Positions 29,557 through 38,100 of a DNA stretch of 64,000 nucleotides are shown here, piece after piece. Origin of the DNA: a virus (lineage: Duplodnaviria; Caudoviricetes); IMG/VR virus record IMGVR_UViG_3300021958_000002, positions 6-64,005 of that record; one strand, written 5' to 3'. The position numbers were made by a program, and so were the translations under genes. Position 1 is the stretch's first letter; each line of letters opens with the position of its first letter. The notes below the pieces were generated by a model. The model saw only the letters and a list, made by a program, of their open reading frames with translations. It was not told where the DNA came from and did not search any database.

Positions 29557-29624
29557 TGTTTTAAACTTTGTAGTACAGCCACAACGGTTGCTATGACGTA
29601 CACGATTATGATTGCTGTTACCAT
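29553..29624 (-). CDS. 23-aa hydrophobic peptide MVTAIIIVYVIATVVAVLQSLKQ
   Basis: ATG lies 4 nt after the promoter; its stop overlaps the next ATG. Confidence 0.55.
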   Translation of the reverse strand: MVTAIIIVYVIATVVAVLQSLKQ

Positions 29625-29628
29625 GGGG

Positions 29629-29684
29629 CAAAGATTAAGCGAACGGCGTACGCTCGCAAGTTTATTCTGTTAATCACTGTTAAC
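29629..29684 (-). promoter_or_regulatory. Early promoter: TTAAC-N5-TTAAC box, TTG, N19-20, (T)AATCTTTG
   Basis: Minus strand reads gttaacagtgattaac...cTTGcgagcgtacgccgttcgctTAATCTTTGccccATG. Confidence 0.65.
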
Positions 29685-29865
29685 GCTCATTAATTATCTC
29701 TTCTATTTCTTGCACAATAAAGGCTTCGAGTCGGTCAACCAACTCTTCTATTTCCTGCCTACCTAAGATGTTAGACATGAATAGAATCCTGCTCAGTTCC
29801 TTGTACGCACCCGTATCACTGAATGCGTTACTGATTTTTAGGGTGAGTTCTTCGTCCATGATCAA
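29680..29865 (-). CDS. Early hypothetical protein
   Basis: Coupled ORF. Confidence 0.55.
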   Translation of the reverse strand: MIMDEELTLKISNAFSDTGAYKELSRILFMSNILGRQEIEELVDRLEAFIVQEIEEIINER

Positions 29866-30026
29866 TTGCTTTTGTCATTCTCAATCCAACATTCGTCAAG
29901 GGTGTACCCCTTGGTGCGACAGATGTAGTCAATGAAGTTTGACAGATGGTTGTCATCGTTAAACTCTTTGAACACAACCCAATCGGTTGCGCTCTTCGTG
30001 CGGAATTGTAGTGTTGCCTGTATCAT
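29862..30026 (-). CDS. Small early protein, 54 aa (MIQATLQFRTKS...), absent from the ORF track
   Basis: Translated by hand; overlaps both neighbours by 4 nt. Confidence 0.6.
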   Translation of the reverse strand: MIQATLQFRTKSATDWVVFKEFNDDNHLSNFIDYICRTKGYTLDECWIENDKSN

Positions 30027-30433
30027 TCGTCAGCTGTTAGTGGTGTAAAGTCATCGCTCAACCAATTGTCAACCTTCCATGTAAGTATCGTCCTTGCATC
30101 CTCATCCAAGCCCCTCGCCTCAGCCATCTTCTCCCTGAACCAATTGTGGAACATCTGCGCATCCGTGACGGCATCGCCATCATTGTGAGGCATCGCCCAC
30201 TGTTGGTTGCGTAGCGTGTGCCTGTTGCCATTGTCATCGTACCCCACTAGGTATGCCGTGGTATACGGGGAGGAGTTGACCGTGTCAGGCACTCGTATTG
30301 AATACTCGATAGCTACCTTGACCTTGTCAGCCATGGCAAGGATGCTGTTTGATTTGTTGGGGGTCTCGCCAATTATTTCGAGCATATCCCATGCGGAAAG
30401 TACTTCCGTCAGTGAATTGTATTTATTCATCAT
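30023..30433 (-). CDS. Early hypothetical protein
   Basis: Likely start MMNKY at 30433 (ATGA overlap). Confidence 0.55.
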   Translation of the reverse strand: MMNKYNSLTEVLSAWDMLEIIGETPNKSNSILAMADKVKVAIEYSIRVPDTVNSSPYTTAYLVGYDDNGNRHTLRNQQWAMPHNDGDAVTDAQMFHNWFREKMAEARGLDEDARTILTWKVDNWLSDDFTPLTADE

Positions 30434-31026
30434 AACCAATGTTTGCGAATCACAACCCAAATGATGGCTTGCAACTCGTAGGGTTTATATCCTGTATCTC
30501 GTGCCACCTTGCAGAACTGCTTGGCTAGCACATCGTACTGTTGTGGGGTTACTGTCTCACGACACTTCTTAGGGGTCTTCGATGTCGTAGCGAATGCACG
30601 TAGCATCCACTTGTCAATCGTAACCACGGACTCATCGTTAGCACCCACATTGAGTGCAAACGCATGGGTCTTGCGTGATTTGCGTAGTATCTCAGCATTC
30701 CCCTGAAGGATGAAGAATGCCTTGTACTTGTTGGCGTTGTACGTACAGCATTTGACGTGGTCAGGGGTCAGCCCGTCGCGCCATGCTTGTATCACGTTGA
30801 ACGCATCAATCTTGTTACGCTCCCACTTGTTGTTGGGGGATAGCGCACTGATGACAGCAGCAGCTATTACCTTGCTGATGTTGAACGTAACGCTAAGGAA
30901 CTGCGCATACTTCATGGCATCAGCATACCATTGCACACCCTCAAGGATATCCTCAGGGGTGGCAATGCCATACCAATGCAGGGTGTTACGCCGTAGCTTG
31001 CGAGTACTAATTACCTGTTTTACCAT
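30430..31026 (-). CDS. Early protein with a possible HhH-GPD / DNA glycosylase-like fold
   Basis: G.QWY, AVISALSPNNKWERN, VTIDKW, LQAIIW motifs; fold call is inference. Confidence 0.55.
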   Translation of the reverse strand: MVKQVISTRKLRRNTLHWYGIATPEDILEGVQWYADAMKYAQFLSVTFNISKVIAAAVISALSPNNKWERNKIDAFNVIQAWRDGLTPDHVKCCTYNANKYKAFFILQGNAEILRKSRKTHAFALNVGANDESVVTIDKWMLRAFATTSKTPKKCRETVTPQQYDVLAKQFCKVARDTGYKPYELQAIIWVVIRKHWL

Positions 31027-31258
31027 TCTCGTACATTTCGTTTGGCTTCACCAATCCAAGCACTTGCGTTGAGTATCGCCAATGCCCACTCGTCATGGTG
31101 AGTATGTAGTTATCATTCAGATCGACGGATTCCACCTCCTCCCCATACTTTTCATTTGGTTCGTAGGTGCGCTCGATACCGCACACCACCTCGATGCGTT
31201 GCTTGTTACCCCACTCACGGATAACAACCTTGGAGCCTATCTTGATACGTCCCATCAC
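31007..31258 (-). CDS. Early hypothetical protein
   Basis: Coupled ORF. Confidence 0.55.
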   Translation of the reverse strand: MMGRIKIGSKVVIREWGNKQRIEVVCGIERTYEPNEKYGEEVESVDLNDNYILTMTSGHWRYSTQVLGLVKPNEMYENGKTGN

Positions 31259-31515
31259 AGTCGAGGTAAGAAGTGTTCGTCATCGTTCAGTATCCCACGC
31301 AAATCGTGTAGGATATCGAATGCCCGTAGCTTTTGCGCACGGAAAGAGCCGCGCAACACCACACGGTGCGCCCAACTCTCTAGGTTTTTGCGTATGCGCT
31401 CCTCGCGCTCAATGCGCTTGCGCTCTCGAATTCCAGCGTGGTCAATCATTGCTTCGCTTCGCTTTAAGTTGCTCAATCTCGTCCTCCAACTCTTGAAGGA
31501 TGTTTCGCCCATCAC
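31255..31515 (-). CDS. Early basic hypothetical protein
   Basis: Arg-rich ORF with ATGA overlap. Confidence 0.5.
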   Translation of the reverse strand: MMGETSFKSWRTRLSNLKRSEAMIDHAGIRERKRIEREERIRKNLESWAHRVVLRGSFRAQKLRAFDILHDLRGILNDDEHFLPRL

Positions 31516-31597
31516 GCCATACGATACCCTTGGCGCGGTAGAACTCCGCCCACGAATACAGTTCCTGTAGGCGTTTGGTTGTTGGGTGTGGATTCAT
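31442..31597 (-). CDS. Early hypothetical protein (start uncertain)
   Basis: MNPHPTTKRLQELYSWAEFY...; overlaps the downstream ORF by about 70 nt. Confidence 0.4.
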   Translation of the reverse strand: MNPHPTTKRLQELYSWAEFYRAKGIVWRDGRNILQELEDEIEQLKAKRSND

Positions 31598-31724
31598 ACC
31601 CAAATAGATATAAAAAGAATTCGGCATGGTAATTAAGTTTAGCCGTTCACGCGTGAGGACTTTCCCCACGACACAGACCCCCAACGCATGGGGGTTTCGT
31701 CCCATCAGGACTCATCAGTGTGCC

Positions 31725-32099
31725 TTAAGCCTTCAGCGAACGCATAGCAGCCTCGACGACCAACTCGATGTGGTCGCTGTGGTCGGATGCTTGCCATCCA
31801 CTCGCGTTCCGTGTACACAAACGGATGTGCTTTAAACGTGCGTTCACCTCCTCCAAGCCCAAGTCCTCCCACGAATCGCGGAATACCTGAGCGCGGAATT
31901 GAATGATATTCGTCGCAGAAATAAGCCCCAAGCGCGTCCCCTTGGACTTCATCTTAAGAGCTTTCGTCTGCATCCACTTAACTTCGTCGGTCATTGCATG
32001 GATGAGTTTGGACGTATCGCCCACCTCACCTGTAGCGTCCCACGAAAATGTTTCGACCCCGTGATTGTTCACGAGCTTAAATGATACCTTTGCTTTCAT
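31725..32099 (-). CDS. Early hypothetical protein
   Basis: Likely start MKAKVSF at 32099. Confidence 0.55.
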   Translation of the reverse strand: MKAKVSFKLVNNHGVETFSWDATGEVGDTSKLIHAMTDEVKWMQTKALKMKSKGTRLGLISATNIIQFRAQVFRDSWEDLGLEEVNARLKHIRLCTRNASGWQASDHSDHIELVVEAAMRSLKA

Positions 32100-32285
32100 A
32101 GCGGTATAAGATTGAATTGTACGGGCATTCTCTTCAGGTGTAGCTAGCCCATTCGCATACACGATACGCCAAAGCGCATTTCGTCATGTACACGCACGTT
32201 CAATCCGTTGCCGTGTTCGTCCGTTTATAGTGTGGACTGCGTACCGCCCCCTAATTGGGTACTCCACTTCGTATGTTAAGAGATG

Positions 32286-32501
32286 TTAACGGCGACGTTT
32301 CGCCCGTCTTGCATCCCTTTGCGCGTCGGCTCGGTTGAGTTTCCGCGCTATGTTCATGAACTCACCATGTAAGGCGTCCGCTTTGCGCTTTGTGTCGCTT
32401 TTCCTGTTATTGGAATTGGACAGCTTGCATCGCTTCACTTGTTTACGTTGGCGACCGCTTAAGGTCGTCCCCGTGTCCTTTATGTGTATCGTTCGTTTCA
32501 T
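32286..32501 (-). CDS. First early gene, highly basic 71-aa protein
   Basis: K/R-rich; ATG lies 5 nt after the promoter element. Confidence 0.6.
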   Translation of the reverse strand: MKRTIHIKDTGTTLSGRQRKQVKRCKLSNSNNRKSDTKRKADALHGEFMNIARKLNRADAQRDARRAKRRR

Positions 32502-32506
32502 CTGAG

Positions 32507-32565
32507 CAAATGTTCAAAAATGAACGCATACGAGTCAACCCCCAAACCGTTAACAGATGTTAAAT
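32507..32565 (-). promoter_or_regulatory. Early promoter: TTAAC box, TTG, N21, AACATTTG
   Basis: Same architecture as the 29629 promoter. Confidence 0.6.
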
Positions 32566-32783
32566 GAATTTTTCCCTTTTGTAATAATGACCGCGCGTGA
32601 GCAAACGAAGTCGAATAACCAAATGAAAGTTGTTAAAATATGTAAAACGTCCCGTGGTTGAACTTTCTCAGCTTTTTAATACCATGCACCCACAACACCC
32701 CCAAAGTGCCTGAAACGGGCTGAAATCGTGTCATGTCAGGACAACGAGAAAGTCAATAGCTGAACTGTTAACAGATGTTAAAT
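32549..32783. repeat. Exact 17-nt repeat GTTAACAGATGTTAAAT (32549-32565 and 32767-32783), part of a GTTAA-N5-GTTAA family
   Basis: Variants at 29669, 32275, 32841, 32916 and 33127. Confidence 0.85.
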
Positions 32784-33337
32784 AATGTAAGCAAATGTTA
32801 AACAGCATTGCATAGCCAAACCGTCTGACAATTCCAAACGATTAACAGATTTTAACAATTGGAATGCCATACGTATATAATAGGTAATATCCAAATGATT
32901 TAACATTTGTTGCCTGTTAACACTCATTAACAGAAATTGTTTGGTGCTTTAGTGTGCCTTTTGTATAAAGGGTTTTTAGCATTGCTAAAGATATTAGCAT
33001 GGGTTTGTCAAGTGTTGATTATCAACTACTTACAACAGTCAGCTCAACCAACGGGTTAAGTAAGGTAGCCTAACTCATTGGCAGTCAGCACGTTAGCACA
33101 CAAAAGCTAAAAAGTGTAGCGCAAAAGTTAAAAAGTGTTAAGGAGGGGGGTCGAGAGATGCGTTTTGGTTTGCTTGCGGCAACGCTAGGAGGTATGTATT
33201 ATCCCCCAGATCTGTATTACTCACCTTTTTTTCAAAGGCTTTTCGTCGAAGGCAGCTAGAATATACTTTAACTCACCCTATTTAATACAGTGGTTATTAA
33301 TCAGTTAACACCATCTACTTAGAATTTACTTCACCAC

Positions 33338-33368
33338 TTGATTTTCTAAAAAAAAACGTGTAACTTTG
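33338..33368 (+). promoter_or_regulatory. Full Bacteroidota promoter TTG-N20-TAACTTTG
   Basis: Canonical -33/-7 spacing; no ORF directly downstream. Confidence 0.75.
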
Positions 33369-33372
33369 CATA

Positions 33373-33510
33373 AGAATTTTTGATACAGACGGGACGGCTT
33401 CCTGAAGCGACAGGAGGTTATGTAGTTTGATGATTGAACGAGTCTGTTGAGGGTGATTCTGTGAATTAAGGAGAGCTATGCCTAAATGAGAGGTGTGGCT
33501 CTTTTCATTT
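33373..33510 (+). ncRNA. Candidate structured small RNA
   Basis: Lies downstream of a promoter with no ORF; stems acagac/gtctgt and ggcttcctg/caggaggtt; terminal G:U-rich hairpin 33471-33503 followed by T-rich tract. Confidence 0.4.
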
Positions 33511-33583
33511 TCTACACTATGTATGTGTACGATTTGGGGTACCCCCACATATGTCATATTTTTTTAGGGAAGGCAGTCTTGAT

Positions 33584-33591
33584 TATCTTTG
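33584..33591 (+). promoter_or_regulatory. -7 element TATCTTTG, 4 nt before ATG 33596
   Basis: gatTATCTTTGccttATG. Confidence 0.7.
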
Positions 33592-33595
33592 CCTT

Positions 33596-33880
33596 ATGAG
33601 AGCAATAATAGATCCAACCAAGAAATCAGTAAGGCAGACAGCCAGAAGGCAGATGTCCGAAGCGAGAGCCCAAAAGAGGACTCTAAAAAAGGCCAAGAGA
33701 GAGTACGACAAACTTAGTGGCGGTTACACTAATGTAAAAAAGCTAGTGGATGGTGAGGTTGTAACTGAGAGTGTTAAGAACAAGTCAAAAAGAGATGCAT
33801 ACAAGAGTATCAGGTCTAAATTTAGAGAAAAAAAGAAGCTTATTAAAGGTGTGAAGAGGGCGATCCTTAAAAATATTTGA
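33596..33880 (+). CDS. Lys/Arg-rich small protein (DNA-binding/internal virion?)
   Basis: Start reassigned to MRAIIDP; very basic. Confidence 0.6.
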   Translation: MRAIIDPTKKSVRQTARRQMSEARAQKRTLKKAKREYDKLSGGYTNVKKLVDGEVVTESVKNKSKRDAYKSIRSKFREKKKLIKGVKRAILKNI

Positions 33881-33881
33881 C

Positions 33882-34541
33882 GTGAGATCAATACAAGACC
33901 ATAAGAAAAAGAAGACCAAGGAGAAGAAGCCCATTGTCACATCTCAAGATCCTGACTTCCCAGAGTCTTTGTTAGGAGGCACCGAGCGCCGTCTTGATGG
34001 CCTTACACAGAGGAAAATAGATTGGTTGTTGGATAATGGTTTTTATCAGAGACCAAATGACGGCAAGAACAGCAGAACACAACTAGAGGCAGGTACAAAC
34101 AACCAACACAGATTCATTTTTCTCCCAGACAGTCTTAGAGGTGAGTCGCATTACGATCTTCCTATACGCAGTAGTCTCTGGGAGAGGAGTGTTGGACCAA
34201 ACGAGTTTGAAAACTATTTCCTGTACGAGCATGAGGAAGAGGCCCAACCTACTTATGCTCCACTGAAACCTATTGGTCCAGAAAAAATAAATACAAGCTA
34301 CGAACAACCAGAGATCATAGAGACACCACCTACCCCAATGTTGACTGGTAGGCAGGCTGTTCAGATAGGTAGGGTTGCTCATGACAGAGATAATGCTAGG
34401 TATGGTCAGGTGCTCGATAAGGAGTACTACTGGGATGATGATTTGAAGAGGTGGCAGATGCGACCAGTAGATGAAGAGCGACTTGGTAAGCCCTTCCCTA
34501 AAGACGATAGAAAATACAGATTAATAAAAGCCAGTTTTTGA
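33882..34541 (+). CDS. Hypothetical protein (putative cargo)
   Basis: GTG start, MRSIQ N-terminus shared with neighbours. Confidence 0.55.
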   Translation: MRSIQDHKKKKTKEKKPIVTSQDPDFPESLLGGTERRLDGLTQRKIDWLLDNGFYQRPNDGKNSRTQLEAGTNNQHRFIFLPDSLRGESHYDLPIRSSLWERSVGPNEFENYFLYEHEEEAQPTYAPLKPIGPEKINTSYEQPEIIETPPTPMLTGRQAVQIGRVAHDRDNARYGQVLDKEYYWDDDLKRWQMRPVDEERLGKPFPKDDRKYRLIKASF

Positions 34542-35101
34542 TGAGGTCAATAAAGTATTATGACGGTGGGGTCCAGGACCCAGTAAAGAACAAAAAGCCA
34601 ATAACCGTTGAGGCTCTTGATGAGATACTTTACCAAAGACACGGTTCTGCAAAAGATAAGTGGAAGTTTGATGAGTTTAGGGGTCTTACTAAAAATGTTG
34701 AGGCTGGGTTTGTAGACAACCCGTACACTAAGATTCAAGACGATGCACCAAGCGACCCATTATTGGTTGGGAGAGGGGCGTATCAGTTTGATTACGAGTC
34801 AGCAAAAACAGCCTACCAGAGGCTGTACAACATAGCGAATCCACTTGGTTACTCTATCCCTACACTAACAGACTATGATTTGAGGAATGTAAACAAGCTT
34901 GAACCTGAAATTCAGGATATGCTGTTTACTGCTCACTTCATGAATGACAAAGGATCAAAGGTTACGGACGTTTTGAACGACGAAAGAACATGGGCTGACA
35001 ATTGGGCTGATGGTCACTGGAAGGGTGATCCAGAAAACCGACCAGCCAAAATCAATATGTTTAACGAGAGGTATAACGAACGATACAACACTGGTCAATG
35101 A
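34541..35101 (+). CDS. Putative virion lysozyme-like protein carrying the YxxGG tag
   Basis: E near the N-terminus, GRGAYQF, Q..LF, W...HW.G pattern recalled from lysozyme-fold proteins. Confidence 0.45.
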   Translation: MRSIKYYDGGVQDPVKNKKPITVEALDEILYQRHGSAKDKWKFDEFRGLTKNVEAGFVDNPYTKIQDDAPSDPLLVGRGAYQFDYESAKTAYQRLYNIANPLGYSIPTLTDYDLRNVNKLEPEIQDMLFTAHFMNDKGSKVTDVLNDERTWADNWADGHWKGDPENRPAKINMFNERYNERYNTGQ

Positions 35102-38100
35102 GAAGCAAGAGAAACAGGGGAAAGGGTTTACAATTAAAAAAGTATAACCTTGGTGGGGTTGTTAATGCAACTGATCCAATAAAAAAGCCAGCCAAAAGGG
35201 TTGGTTCTAGGATAAACCCTGATGGTACTGAATCTACGCACCTGTACGCAACAGAGACGCTAGACGGTAAAAACTGGGTTTCCTTCCCTATGCTGTTTCA
35301 AAATGCTGACGGAAGCTGGGTTGATATGTCTAGCGGTCCGTGGGAGGACGCGTACGAAGAAGCAAAAAAAAGAGGTGAGGTTATTGACTTTGGCCAAAAC
35401 AAGCAGGAGGCTCTTGACTGGGGTATGGGGAGTTGGAAGGTCAATCCATACAAGATCGATCAGCCAACAGCGATTATGGACAATACGTACATACCTACAG
35501 CTGCTGAGCAACAGTTCATGAACCTAGCGCCATTATTGCCAAAGGGGGATCCTGACCCATACAGGGATCAGGGAACCATAAGACCACAGCAGCCCAATGA
35601 GCCAACTTATCTCCAAAAGCTTTGGGAGGGGACCCCACTCGGTCAGACAGAGGAGGAAAAGTACGCCTCTCCAGATCAGATGTCCATGGTTGATGTCATG
35701 GCAGAGCCCCTTAAGGCGCTAGCTTATTACAGCTTCGACTCTAATAGAGGTAATATACCAACTAGAGCAGAGTGGGATGCGTTTGATAACTCAAATGCAA
35801 TAGACATGGCAACTAGTATTGTCAATCCATTCTGGTATATGAGTGAGATGTCAAAAGGCGGCTCTGAAGGTCTTGCTGGTATAACTGGGATAGGTAAGAT
35901 TGGACAGGTTGTAAGAGATGCATTTAATACTGGTGACGATGTCCTCAGGATAGCTGCTGAGAATGTGTCGAAGCAAGGGCAAAAAATGACCCAAAGGCAG
36001 TTAGCCCAGCAGATTAATAAGTCCCCAGCCGTTGATCTGGAGGAGTCTGTTTTCAATCCTAGTATATACGGGGTTGAAAATCCTGGTTTTGGAACTCATA
36101 ACAGGAGTATTTACGAAAGTTCCCACCCCTTCCAGGGATCTCTTATGTATTCTGTTCAAGATCTTCACTTTAATGATTATGGGTTAAGTGCTATTCGTAA
36201 AGTAGAGTTAGACCCTTATAAAGCTGTCAGGGGTTACTCTGGAGATCTTTTAGATCAAAGAGGATTTAACTATAATGCAAATTATCATGACCTTCCATTT
36301 ACAACTCAAATTGTACAAAGGCTAGATGGCACGTCAGAGGCGCAGGCATACGTTAGTTCGTCTATACCCCAGATAAGACCAATGCAGAGGGGAGGTGACT
36401 TAGAGAAGTTTATAGATAAAAGTGGTAATGTAAACCTTGGTGAGCTTACTAGGTACATAAGATCATCAAACAATATTACCCCAGCTGACAGGTTTATACT
36501 GGAGATGGGTATTGATGCCTTACCTCAGAGGTACAAGGACGGAGAGGACACCTTACCTTTTAATTTATTCAAACAACAGGTATCTGAGTTTGTGCCAAGG
36601 ATGAATATTAGAGAGTCCAGCACGTATGCCGATATATTACTCGATAACATCATTCCAAATCCAGCTACACAGATTGAGGATCATACGACTGTAATTATTG
36701 GTGAAAGCGACCTACCAATGAGCGATGAGAATTCCTTGGCGTCAGCCCCAACAAACATGCCTACCTCTCTTGAGAGTTCAGGAAACTACATGCTGAACCT
36801 AAAGGAACAGAAATACAATAAACACTTTGACTTACCGAAAGACCCAGATGGAAATACAATTGGTTATCACTCTCACTACAGGGTTTACCAACTAAAGGGT
36901 GAACCAGAAGTGTCTTATTTTCCAGAAATTCAATCAGATGGACTTCAGCCTGGTGGTGGTAGTGAGTACAACCTCAAAATGAATGCAGTCAAAAACGAGG
37001 AGAAGGCCATAAAAAAGGGAGTCGTTTTAAGCAATCCTCTTGGTTGGGAGAAGGATACTGAGACTAATACTTGGCATACAGGTTCCCCTCTATTCGCCTC
37101 CCCCGTTGAATTTGTTACTTCCGTTCTTGACATTAGCAGAGAAAGTGACCAATTTAGATCATACCTCACAAAAGCGGCAGTTGAAAACCCAGGGGTGGCT
37201 GGAGCTCAAGGTCTTAACCTAGACTTTGATCAAAGATCTCTAAAACAAATTGAAAGTTGGTTTGACAGTTTGAACCCTGATGATTTTAGGGAAGTTTACG
37301 ACAAAACAATTAGGCCAGCAATAATAAAAGACCTAAGCACCTTCCTCTCTGGCGACGAATTGTTAGGGGGTGGCCTACCTTCTCTATACGACAGGGCGTC
37401 CAGCCTATATGAGAGAATGGAAAAGCTAAGCGAAATGTTTGGTCCTAATCTAACTCAACAAGAAATTCAACAACTACATAAGGAAATTGCTTTTAATGGT
37501 GACCCAAGAGGTCTGGCTAAATTTCAACAATCAGAGTATAGAGAGATTGGCGACGAAGTAGTGGACATCGTAGAAGGCGTAACTAGAGCGAGTCAATTTG
37601 TTTCTTCTGTTGAGTATGAGGTCAGAGATATCGTTAGAGTTGCTGGAAAGGTCGAAGATTCATTTATTCGAGCATTTGAATACCGCCCTAAACCAGGATT
37701 TGAAAATTCTTTTCGTCAGGCAGATCAAAATGAGATTCTTATATCGTCTATTGGTGATGTATTGCTACCACAGGGGACAATTTCTAGGATTAATCAGATA
37801 GTCAAAGAAATAAGAAGTCTTGAGTCCTCACTAAATAGAGATCTTGACAGCTTGGAGGTTTTGAAGAAACGGATAGGAGCGGTCAGATCTTCGTTTAATG
37901 TATTTACAGAGGAGGCTTTTCCAAAGTTAGATACTGAAAATCCTGAAGGTTATGGACTGTTGCGAACGACTGAAGAGTTTGAAATCCTCAAAAACGACAT
38001 AGAGGACGCTAGGTTTTTAATAAACGATATAGCTGGGGGTAGGTACAACTTTGAAAACGGAACGCAAGACGCTACATCTAGTTTTACTGGCATTATGAAA

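Noticed and set aside
32100-32285. Intergenic stretch as a second ncRNA
   Set aside because: No convincing pairing or consensus -7 element; only one GTTAA box
19633-32501. Lysogeny module
   Set aside because: No tyrosine or serine recombinase, repressor pair or att-like duplication recognised
32549-33142. GTTAAC-containing repeats as a CRISPR array
   Set aside because: Repeats are short, degenerate and irregularly spaced, with no cas genes
33551-33595. ORF-track upstream starts (33551, 10059, 47065, 29631, 42392 and others)
   Set aside because: They would include the promoter element or overlap neighbours; downstream ATGs fit better
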